Shown here piece by piece: positions 1-8,584 of a stretch of 64,000 bases of DNA. The DNA is from Methanobrevibacter sp. (GTDB taxonomy: Archaea; Methanobacteriota; Methanobacteria; Methanobacteriales; Methanobacteriaceae). The DNA lies in the NCBI RefSeq assembly GCF_017427765.1, contig NZ_JAFRSC010000010.1:998-64997 (forward strand), written 5' to 3'. Position 1 is the stretch's first letter; every line of letters starts with the position of its first letter. The position numbers and the translations under genes are program-made. Under the pieces are notes generated by a model, which worked only from the letters and a program-made list of their open reading frames with translations, was not told the DNA's origin and did not search any database.

Positions 1-52
1 CTTCACTTATATTCTTTTTTTTATGATGGGATGGCTTAATTGAAAGGTATCG

Positions 53-490
53 GTGAGTTATTTGAATTGGAATTTAATTTGGCCTATCTTAATTGTTATT
101 CTTTCGAACACTTTCTATAATATTTGCATGAAGTCAATGCCTTCAGATGTAAATCCATTTGGGGCATTAATGGTTACTTATTTAGTGGCAGCAATAATTT
201 CAGCAATTATTTTTGTATATGCTGTTGGACCATCAAATGTTGTCTTTGAATTATCCAAGATTAACTGGACATCAATAATTCTGGCAATAGCTGTTGTGGG
301 CCTTGAAGTCGGATATGTGTTTGTATATCGTGCAGGATGGGCTGTAAGCACAGCATCTGTTGTTGCAAACATTGGTCTTGCCTGTGTGTTAATTGGTGTT
401 GGATATCTGCTTTATCGGGAAAATGTTTCCTTAAATCAGATAATTGGGATAATTGTTTGTATGGCTGGTTTGATTTTAATAAATATATGA
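53..490 (+). CDS. EamA/DMT-family small membrane transporter
   Basis: 145 aa, about 5 hydrophobic helices; C-terminal 'YRENVSLNQIIGIIVCMAGLILI' is typical of DMT/EamA. Confidence 0.8.
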   Translation: MSYLNWNLIWPILIVILSNTFYNICMKSMPSDVNPFGALMVTYLVAAIISAIIFVYAVGPSNVVFELSKINWTSIILAIAVVGLEVGYVFVYRAGWAVSTASVVANIGLACVLIGVGYLLYRENVSLNQIIGIIVCMAGLILINI

Positions 491-499
491 GGTTTTAAA

Positions 500-601
500 A
501 TGGTTTGTCCGGTTTGTGGCTCTTGGGTTGATGAAGGAGAAGAATACTGTCCTAATTGCGGTTATGATGTTCATTGCATTGATGAATATGATGACTTTTA
601 G
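500..601 (+). CDS. 33-aa zinc-ribbon microprotein (CPVCG...CPNCG)
   Basis: ATG at 500 preceded by GAGGT; translates MVCPVCGSWVDEGEEYCPNCGYDVHCIDEYDDF*; below the ORF-track cutoff. Confidence 0.75.
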   Translation: MVCPVCGSWVDEGEEYCPNCGYDVHCIDEYDDF

Positions 602-803
602 AAAATTGTTTCACATCTTATTTTTTTTTAATTATTCTAATTTGCTTATTTTATTAAATAATTTAATTTTTCCTTTTGTTTTTAAAAATCCTATTTCTAC
701 ATATTAAAATGGTCAATAATATATATTAATAAAAAATATAGTATATTATAAGGGAAATTATCAATAATTAATTCCTTACTAATCGGTGTAAAGGAGGTGA
801 AAT

Positions 804-2879
804 ATGAATAAAAAAGCGTTTGTTGTTGTATTACTTGTATTTGTTCTATTTAGCTTGAATTTCAGTGTGGCTCATGAAATGGATAATACTACAAGTGAAG
901 ATTTGGGTTCTTTAGGCGGTTCTCAAGTTTTAAATGTCAATTCCCAAAAGGAAACAGAAATTAATGTTGTAAGTAACACTACATTTGATGTTGTTGGGGA
1001 TTACTTTAAAATAAAACTGTCTGACGGCAATGAAACTGCCATATCCAATGCAAAGGTAACATTTACCGTAGTTGGCGTTACATATCACGGAACTACAGAT
1101 GATAATGGGTTTGCTTCTCTTCAAATTAATTTAAATGATGGTACTTATAATATTACAACTAACTTTGCAGGAAATTCTAATTATAAATCCTCCTCAAATA
1201 CAACCCTGATTACAGTAAAAAATACTCGAATTGTGGAGGATGGTTTATCAAATTCAGAAATTCAAAAAATTATTGATAATGCAAAAGATAGAAATGTCAT
1301 TTTATTTAAGGGAAAAAGCTATTCAAATATCAATCTGATTGTCAATAAACGGTTGACATTAATCAGTAATTCAAATACTGTTTTGACATCAACTTCTTCA
1401 AGCCCAATTATCACCGTTAAAGGTAAAAATGCTTCATCAACTATCATTAGTGGTTTTAATATTAGGGGCAATGGAAATGGTATAGTTGTGAGTGATTCGG
1501 ATCTTGTACGAATATATAAAAATGATATATCAACTTATGGAATTGGTATTGTAGCAACAGGTACCAATTATCTCAATATTACTAAAAACACTATTGTTAA
1601 GAATTCCAAATCAGGCATTGTCATAGGAGATGCTGTTTCAACATACATATTCAATAATAATATTTCTAATAATAAAGCAAATGGTATTGAAATGGCGAAA
1701 ACTGATAAAGTCTATATTCATGGAAATACAATTGCCTATAATAAACACGGTATTGTTTCAACAAGAAGTGTTAATGGAATAAATTATGGTGAAGGTCCTA
1801 AAAACTTACACATTAACCAAAATACAATATCTAAAAATACTGAAGACGGCATTCTGATTAACTATGCTGGAGATAACGTCAATATCAAGTTAAATAATAT
1901 TGTTGGAAATAAAGGAAATGGTATTTCATTGGCACACATTGGAAGCAATACTATCCAGTCCAATGTAGTTACTGAAAACTGGCTTAATGGAATTAAGTTC
2001 TTTGATAATTATGTTAAACCTGATAACCAGGATATAAGCTATAATGCGCTTTATTTTAATGTCGGCATGGATGTCGAAGCAAAAGACACATATTATCAAG
2101 AAACAGGAACCAGACTGCAATTGGGTGATAATTGGTATACTGACCATGCGGGAATTTGTCCTAAAATCAGATCCAGTAATTTAAAGTTCACTGTAACTCA
2201 AATTGGTAAAAATCAGTTCCAGGCTCTATTTTTAGATTCCAATGGAAATGTTGCCAGTTTGCTTCCGGACAGAACATTGACATACAATTCAAATGGAAAA
2301 ACTGTTAGTGTCACTATAAGTGGTGGTGCAGGAGTTTTTACAGTAGATGCTAATAATGGGGATATCATTAAAGCTACTGTTGACTATTCCAGAAGGGATA
2401 ATGAATACAAGTCCGATTCTCAAAAATCACAACCGATTAACGGCGTAACACCAAGTTTTGATTATCCTTCAATTCCATATGATGAAGGTGGAAACGGTAA
2501 CGGTGATGGAACTGGTGATGGTGATGGTGGAGATGCAAATAAAGGTAGCGGTTCATCTAACAGGGGAAGCAGTGAAAATACAGGTAACAGCACCCACAGT
2601 CAAAAGACCAATCCGGGAAATAATGCTAATAACCCGGTAAATGATGTTTCACAAAGTTATGAAACAGATACTGTCACATCTGCGGAAAGTGCTTCTGACA
2701 GTAGCAGCGGCAATACAGGTCGTGCTGGTTCTCAGTCAAATTCTGTTGTAAAAAGAATTGTAATCGAAGAAGAAGATATCTACAGAGTCACTGGAATTTC
2801 ATTGATAGTGTTGTTAATAATATTAACTATCGGTTTATATTATCGTGAAGACATTAAGGAAATGAATTCCAAAAGATAA
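804..2879 (+). CDS. Adhesin-like protein: Ig-like + right-handed beta-helix, Gly/Ser/Asn linker, C-terminal TM anchor
   Basis: GGAGGTGA RBS, signal peptide, 'GTTDDNGFASL' Ig-like motif, Asn-rich 'NxIxxN...GI' repeats, C-terminal hydrophobic helix. Confidence 0.85.
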   Translation: MNKKAFVVVLLVFVLFSLNFSVAHEMDNTTSEDLGSLGGSQVLNVNSQKETEINVVSNTTFDVVGDYFKIKLSDGNETAISNAKVTFTVVGVTYHGTTDDNGFASLQINLNDGTYNITTNFAGNSNYKSSSNTTLITVKNTRIVEDGLSNSEIQKIIDNAKDRNVILFKGKSYSNINLIVNKRLTLISNSNTVLTSTSSSPIITVKGKNASSTIISGFNIRGNGNGIVVSDSDLVRIYKNDISTYGIGIVATGTNYLNITKNTIVKNSKSGIVIGDAVSTYIFNNNISNNKANGIEMAKTDKVYIHGNTIAYNKHGIVSTRSVNGINYGEGPKNLHINQNTISKNTEDGILINYAGDNVNIKLNNIVGNKGNGISLAHIGSNTIQSNVVTENWLNGIKFFDNYVKPDNQDISYNALYFNVGMDVEAKDTYYQETGTRLQLGDNWYTDHAGICPKIRSSNLKFTVTQIGKNQFQALFLDSNGNVASLLPDRTLTYNSNGKTVSVTISGGAGVFTVDANNGDIIKATVDYSRRDNEYKSDSQKSQPINGVTPSFDYPSIPYDEGGNGNGDGTGDGDGGDANKGSGSSNRGSSENTGNSTHSQKTNPGNNANNPVNDVSQSYETDTVTSAESASDSSSGNTGRAGSQSNSVVKRIVIEEEDIYRVTGISLIVLLIILTIGLYYREDIKEMNSKR

Positions 2880-2991
2880 TTTTTTTCTTCTAATTTTTTC
2901 TATTTTTTTCTATTTTTTAGCCTTTTTACAATAAATTATTTAATATATCCTTTACAAAGATTATATTATCTTACCTTTGGAGGATTAATGT

Positions 2992-4113
2992 ATGAATAAA
3001 AGTGACTTAGAAAGAAACTATTATATGCTTAAAGGACCACTGGCTAAAAAGGGTTATGATTGGTGGTGGCATTCTTTTACAGGATATAATAAAAAAACTG
3101 GGGAACCAAGACCTTTTTTCATTGAATATTTCACATGTAATCCAGCTTTAGCTGAAGAAGAACCTGTTTTAGGTCAGGATCCTGAAAATCAACGTTTAGG
3201 CAAAAAACCATCCTACTGTATGATTAAGGCGGGGTCTTGGGGAAAAGATCCAAAACAGATTCATAATTTTTACTCAATGAAATATTTCGATTGTCCTGAT
3301 GATGAGTTAAATATTAAAGTTGGGGACTGTAGCTTAACTGAGACTCATATGAGTGGATTTTCAAGAGTAAGTGAAGAAGAGGCTCGTGATCATCCTGAAT
3401 ATATGTCTGATGCTGGAGACATGATGTGGGATTTGGATATTGATAAGCAAATCACTTTTAATGTTGGTTACGGTGCAAGTAAAATATTCAGAAAGCTCAA
3501 TTCTTTTGAAATGTTTTGGCATGCTGAAGGTATCAAAACCCAATATAGCGGTACTGTATGGCTTGACGGAGAAGAATATGAAGTTATTCCTGAAAAATCT
3601 TATGGATATGCTGATAAAAACTGGGGAGGAGATTTCACTTCACCTTGGCTTTGGATTTCATCATGTAACTTAACCAGCCTTAAAACTGGTAAAAAATTAA
3701 ACAACTCTGCATTTGAAGCAGGGGGAGGAAAACCTAAAGCATTTGGAATATCCATACCTCGTAAACTCTTAATCGGATTTTATTATGAAGGAACCATGTA
3801 TGAATACAACTTCGCAAGGTTCTGGAATCTTGTGAAAATCGACTTTGATTTTAAAGAAGGTGATGAAGTTCATACTTGGACAATAAATGCAAGCAATAAA
3901 AATTCACGTATTGAAGTGGTACTTTATTGTAAACGTGATGAAATGATGTTATTTAATTATGAAGCTCCAAATGGTAAAAAATTACACAACCGCTTATGGA
4001 ACGGTGGAAACGGTTGGGGTGAAATCAAATTATATAAAAAGGACGGAACCTTAATCGACCATGTAAAAATGGAAAATGCAGGTTGTGAATATGGGGAGTA
4101 TGATAAAGAATGA
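2992..4113 (+). CDS. Tocopherol cyclase family protein
   Basis: 'GYDWWWHSF', 'GYADKNWGGDFTSPWLWISS' motifs of the VTE1/tocopherol-cyclase-like family; GGAGG RBS. Confidence 0.75.
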   Translation: MNKSDLERNYYMLKGPLAKKGYDWWWHSFTGYNKKTGEPRPFFIEYFTCNPALAEEEPVLGQDPENQRLGKKPSYCMIKAGSWGKDPKQIHNFYSMKYFDCPDDELNIKVGDCSLTETHMSGFSRVSEEEARDHPEYMSDAGDMMWDLDIDKQITFNVGYGASKIFRKLNSFEMFWHAEGIKTQYSGTVWLDGEEYEVIPEKSYGYADKNWGGDFTSPWLWISSCNLTSLKTGKKLNNSAFEAGGGKPKAFGISIPRKLLIGFYYEGTMYEYNFARFWNLVKIDFDFKEGDEVHTWTINASNKNSRIEVVLYCKRDEMMLFNYEAPNGKKLHNRLWNGGNGWGEIKLYKKDGTLIDHVKMENAGCEYGEYDKE

Positions 4114-4781
4114 TTTTTACAGATATCATTGCATTAATTGTTGTATACGTTTATGTAATTGCAATTTTTATCATAGCTGAAAAGGTTTTAAAATCCAGGC
4201 CTGAATTTTCACGTAAATTCCTCCATATCATGGTAGGAAACATGATTTTTGCAATGCCGTTTTTCTCAAACCCGTGGGTAATGATTATTGGTTTAACATT
4301 GCCGGCTTCAATCGGAACATTTTTATTAACTGAATACTCTCCGATTAAAATAGAAAACAGTATGACTGAATCAGGACATGCTTTAGGATTATTTTTCTAT
4401 TCTGCAATCTGGACAATATTATTAATAGTATTCGGTAACCATTTATGGATTGTCGCATTAGCTATTGTTCCTTTAGTTTATGGTGACGGATTTGCAGCAT
4501 TAATAGGTATAAAATTCGGTAAAGTCAAATTTTCCATTTTCGGAAGTACCAAATCTGTTGAAGGGTCACTGTCCATGTTTGTCGTTACAGCTGTCATGAG
4601 CGTATTTGTATGGATGGTTTACACATCAATAGGTTATGCAATGCCTGAATTCAATATTGTTAATATTCTATTGATTTCTGCTGTTGCAACATTATGTGAA
4701 GCATTCAGTTATGGTGGAATCGATAATTTGACAGTTCCTGCATTAACTTCTATTTTATATTATTTAGTAGCTGTAATGTAG
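4110..4781 (+). CDS. Phytol/dolichol (polyprenol) kinase family membrane protein
   Basis: 'SRKFLHI', 'GDGFAALIG', 'KSVEGS', 'DNLTVP' motifs; ATGA overlap with the upstream gene. Confidence 0.85.
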   Translation: MIFTDIIALIVVYVYVIAIFIIAEKVLKSRPEFSRKFLHIMVGNMIFAMPFFSNPWVMIIGLTLPASIGTFLLTEYSPIKIENSMTESGHALGLFFYSAIWTILLIVFGNHLWIVALAIVPLVYGDGFAALIGIKFGKVKFSIFGSTKSVEGSLSMFVVTAVMSVFVWMVYTSIGYAMPEFNIVNILLISAVATLCEAFSYGGIDNLTVPALTSILYYLVAVM

Positions 4782-4812
4782 CTACTTTATTTTTTTCATT
4801 TTTAATTACTGT

Positions 4813-4874
4813 TTTTTGCATTTCAATTTACAATTTTTGCATCTTGGAGGCATCGCCAAATAGCCATTTATATA
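4813..4874 (+). promoter_or_regulatory. Candidate LytTR operator (TTTTTGCAT direct repeats, 21-bp period) plus TATA box
   Basis: TTTTTGCAT at 4813-4821 and 4834-4842; TTTATATA at 4867-4874; precedes the operon encoding LytTR. Confidence 0.55.
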
Positions 4875-4920
4875 GACTTTTACTATCTTATATTAACGAT
4901 TAGTTGTTTGGTGATACAAA

Positions 4921-5187
4921 ATGAATTTACGAGAAAAAGCCGAAAAAAGAGTAGATGCGAAAATTAAGTTTCAAGAAAATCTATATAAATATTTGATTGT
5001 AAATACAATAATAGCAATAATTTCTGTTGTATTTTTAAAAAGTTACTGGTTATTGTTATGTGTAATGTTTTTCTGGGGTATTGGACTTATAGATGACTTT
5101 TTTAATGCATACTCATTTAGTGATGTCGTCGGCTATAATTATAGAGAAAGAAAAATTCAGGAAGAAATATCAAAAATGGGTGATTAA
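4921..5187 (+). CDS. 2TM-domain protein
   Basis: 'REKAEKRV..KIKF..NL..YLIVN', two TM helices, 'FWGIG', 'RERKIQEE'. Confidence 0.8.
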   Translation: MNLREKAEKRVDAKIKFQENLYKYLIVNTIIAIISVVFLKSYWLLLCVMFFWGIGLIDDFFNAYSFSDVVGYNYRERKIQEEISKMGD

Positions 5188-5460
5188 ATGAGTGATATAA
5201 GATCCAGAGCAGAAGAACGTGTTGATAATAAAATCAAATTCTATAGGAATTTAGCAGCATATGTAGTTGTTAATTCAATATTGGTTATTGTCAATTGGTT
5301 ATACACTCCAGAATTCTGGTGGGTTGCATTTCCATTGTTTTTCTGGGGAATTGGTGTATTAAAGGACTTTTTAAAAGCATTTTTATTCATTGCCACATTT
5401 GACAGTGAAGAATATAGAGAACGTAAAATACAAGAGGAAATGGAAAAGTTAGGGAAATAA
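5188..5460 (+). CDS. 2TM-domain protein (paralog)
   Basis: Same 2TM pattern as the upstream gene; abuts it (TAAATG). Confidence 0.8.
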   Translation: MSDIRSRAEERVDNKIKFYRNLAAYVVVNSILVIVNWLYTPEFWWVAFPLFFWGIGVLKDFLKAFLFIATFDSEEYRERKIQEEMEKLGK

Positions 5461-5463
5461 ATT

Positions 5464-5904
5464 ATGAAAGTGAATTTGTTTGTATCAAGAGATGTTGAAG
5501 AACCTTATGCAGATATTCATACTAATGAGTTGACTGACAATATTTCAAAAGCAGTATCCATTTTGGAAAGTGATGATTCAAAAGATATGCTGGCGGTAAA
5601 AAAAGGATCAGACATTGCTCTTTTACAATTCAGTGATGTTTATATGTTGAGAGTTGAGGATAAGCAAGTTAAAGTATACACTGATGATAAGGAATATCTA
5701 ATAAAAAAGCCATTATATCAGGTTGAAGAAACTTTAAATAATGATTTTGTAAGAATATCAAAAACAACTATTGTTAATTTAAAAAAGATTAGTCGTGTAG
5801 CTCCTTCACTAAAGGGGATGATGTTTATAGAACTTAAAAATGGTTTAAAAGATAATATTTCAAGAAAATATTTGCCGGATTTTAAGAATGCTTTGGATTT
5901 ATAG
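5464..5904 (+). CDS. Stand-alone LytTR-family transcriptional regulator (no receiver domain)
   Basis: 'FVRISKTTIVNL', 'LKNG..DNISRKY' LytTR motifs; 146 aa. Confidence 0.9.
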   Translation: MKVNLFVSRDVEEPYADIHTNELTDNISKAVSILESDDSKDMLAVKKGSDIALLQFSDVYMLRVEDKQVKVYTDDKEYLIKKPLYQVEETLNNDFVRISKTTIVNLKKISRVAPSLKGMMFIELKNGLKDNISRKYLPDFKNALDL

Positions 5905-5912
5905 GTGGTAGT

Positions 5913-6335
5913 ATGAGAGTGGATTTAATTAAAAGATTGGCAATGGGCGCTTTTATTGGGTGCTTTATAGTAATGCTTGTAATGGTTTTAGGTTCCTTTA
6001 GTCTTGGCCCTTCAAATGTTCAATTTTCCGGAACTGAGATAATCAATGCATTCTTCGGTTCTATTGTTGTTGGATGGGTATTTTCTTTAACCGGGCTTAT
6101 TTATGAAAGGGAGGATATTGCATTTCCTCTACAGATAATTTTTCAGATGGGTCTTGGAATGGCTGCACTGTTTATTGTGGCAATCTACTTAAAATGGATG
6201 CCGATTGAATTGGGATGGGGGCCAATAATTACCTGGGTTGTAATAGCCTGCATATTTGGTGCTGTTTTCTGGTTTAGTTTTTACATATACTATTATCTGG
6301 TTGCCCGTAATTTAAACAACAAGCTGAACAGTTAA
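5913..6335 (+). CDS. DUF3021-like membrane protein (LytTR regulatory system partner)
   Basis: 4 TM helices, 'LKWMP', 'ARNLNNKL' C-terminus; directly after LytTR. Confidence 0.75.
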   Translation: MRVDLIKRLAMGAFIGCFIVMLVMVLGSFSLGPSNVQFSGTEIINAFFGSIVVGWVFSLTGLIYEREDIAFPLQIIFQMGLGMAALFIVAIYLKWMPIELGWGPIITWVVIACIFGAVFWFSFYIYYYLVARNLNNKLNS

Positions 6336-6384
6336 TATGTTTAAAATAAGTTAAAAAATAAATTTAAGTAAATAGCATAGCTAT

Positions 6385-7995
6385 TTACTCTTCTTTTTGA
6401 TGTCTTCTATAACCTATAGCCAATAAAATAAATATTATTGCGGCTCCAGCAATGATATATTTAATATCAATGTTAATTTCTTTCGCTGCTGAATTGGTTT
6501 TATTTATCTCATAAGCATTTTTATTATTCTCACCAACAGATGTTGAATTTCCGATTAAGATTTGTTCTAAGGAATTAACATTTAATATTTGGGAACTGTT
6601 GGTATCTGATGCAACATTCAAATCATTGTTGGTGTTATTTGAAGTTATTTTATTCTGGTTATTTTTTTCATCGGAAGTTTTTTTGTCATTTGAATTTTGA
6701 TTGTTATTTTGGCTTGCCTTTTTAGCATCATCAAATTGTTGTTTGAGATTATACAGTGAATCATCTGGGAAATAATTTCCAATTAAATCACTATATTTAA
6801 TTAATGAATCAACATTTAAATCTGCAAACAGATTGGATTTGATAGTTGATGATACTTTACTTCTTGCGGTGACATTATTCGGGTCAATTACAGAAGGATC
6901 ATTAGGATTTTCATCTCCCCAATCGTTATTGTCAAATTGGGTGTATAGGTTGTATGAATCCCACCATTTGATGAATATTTCTTTTCCGTATGGTGATGTA
7001 TTGTTTGTAATCAAATTATCGTGAACGCTAATCACAGTTTTGGTATCATACATAGGCTGTTGGATATAAAAAGATCCTCCAGTCTCTCCACCGTCATTAT
7101 TTGCAATAATGGACTTTTCCACATTTATTTTTCCGGAAACCATGACTGCTCCACCGTTTGTTCCAGCAGTATTGTTCAGAAATATACATCTTTCAATATT
7201 TGATTCTCCAGACCAGCTATAATATGCTCCACCCCATTCATCAGCATGGTTAAACATAAAAATACAATCTTGAACATTTCCATATCCGTATATACTGACC
7301 CGTATTGCTCCACCGTCCCTGACGGCAGAATTATTTATAAAAACGCAGTTATAAATCTCTGAATCAGCATAGCATGTTGTGATTGCTCCACCATCGTGGT
7401 CTGCATGATTGTTGACAAATAATGAGTTATTTACCAATAGATATGCTCTATTCTTTTTAGTTCCATAATTTGAAATCGCTCCGGCATTTGTGTTGCTTAA
7501 TGCAGTGTTGTTGATAAATATGCAATTATCCACATAAGCATTTCCGGTTTCTATTGAAATGACTCCTCCGAAATTATGTGTTAAACCATTGATGAATGTA
7601 ATATTTTTCACTGTAAAATGAACGTCCGGACTTCTAATGAGGAATATACTTGATTTTTTCTCACCATCTATAATTATGTCTCTAGGATTGCCATTTCCTT
7701 GAAGAGTAATATTTTTTGTAATTTTAATGTTGTGGATTTTATATGTTCCGGGTTCTATTAAAATCACATCACCATTGTTTGAATTGAGAATTTTTTCTTC
7801 TAAATCATTTGAATCTTCTTTTAAGATAGTGCTGTCTGCAACACTTTCTAATTTGGAATTAACTTTATCTACGTGTAATACATCTAATTCTGGCTCATTT
7901 AAACTAGAATTTGTATTGTCATGTGCTGAAACTGATGAAATGGAGATTATTATTACAAATAGTGTCATGAACAGTAATGCATTTTGGATTTTCAT
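6385..7995 (-). CDS. Adhesin-like beta-helix protein with C-terminal TM anchor
   Basis: Signal peptide, 'GGAI...FINN' repeats, Asn-rich linker, TM + 'GYRR'. Confidence 0.85.
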   Translation of the reverse strand: MKIQNALLFMTLFVIIISISSVSAHDNTNSSLNEPELDVLHVDKVNSKLESVADSTILKEDSNDLEEKILNSNNGDVILIEPGTYKIHNIKITKNITLQGNGNPRDIIIDGEKKSSIFLIRSPDVHFTVKNITFINGLTHNFGGVISIETGNAYVDNCIFINNTALSNTNAGAISNYGTKKNRAYLLVNNSLFVNNHADHDGGAITTCYADSEIYNCVFINNSAVRDGGAIRVSIYGYGNVQDCIFMFNHADEWGGAYYSWSGESNIERCIFLNNTAGTNGGAVMVSGKINVEKSIIANNDGGETGGSFYIQQPMYDTKTVISVHDNLITNNTSPYGKEIFIKWWDSYNLYTQFDNNDWGDENPNDPSVIDPNNVTARSKVSSTIKSNLFADLNVDSLIKYSDLIGNYFPDDSLYNLKQQFDDAKKASQNNNQNSNDKKTSDEKNNQNKITSNNTNNDLNVASDTNSSQILNVNSLEQILIGNSTSVGENNKNAYEINKTNSAAKEINIDIKYIIAGAAIIFILLAIGYRRHQKEE

Positions 7996-8584
7996 GTTTC
8001 ACCTCCTTGTGAGTGAATATACTAAATATTAATTTAATTTATTAATTTTTTTCAATATATATTTATCTTATCTTCGTTTTTTTTCAAATATTTAATTATA
8101 TTTAGATAATATTGTTTATCATTAAAATGGAAGCATAAAAATTTGCAATATGGGTGAATAGTGAATTAAATTATTTTATTTTCTATTTATTTTATATTTT
8201 TAAGAGTATATGGTGTATCCACTTATTTAAAGTATTTTATCGATATGTATTTTATTTCTTTAAATTTATTTTTAATTTAAACATTTATTTTTTGATTTTT
8301 TTAGTTAAAAATAGTTATTTTATAAAAAATATTTCTTATATATTATTTTTTTTTATTTTAAATTATTTTAATGTTTATTAAATATTAATAAATATGTTAG
8401 ATTTATTTTCTATTTAATCGATATACAATAATGTTTATATTACATGTCGATAATAAATATTAATCACTAATATGCTCATGGTTAGTTTATTAAGCGTGTT
8501 TAAGTTTTTATTAGTTTAATTTTAACTATAATAAATATTAGTAAAAAATTTTATTTAATCAATTTAAAAGGAGAAAAAATATTC

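Noticed and set aside
516-707. 63-aa ORF in the ORF track
   Set aside because: Out-of-frame shadow of the RBS-supported zinc-finger ORF 500-601; runs into AT-rich intergenic DNA
8000-8580. Long AT-rich gap and ORF 8154-8381
   Set aside because: Low-complexity F/I/Y translation, no RBS and no clear structure; divergent promoter region
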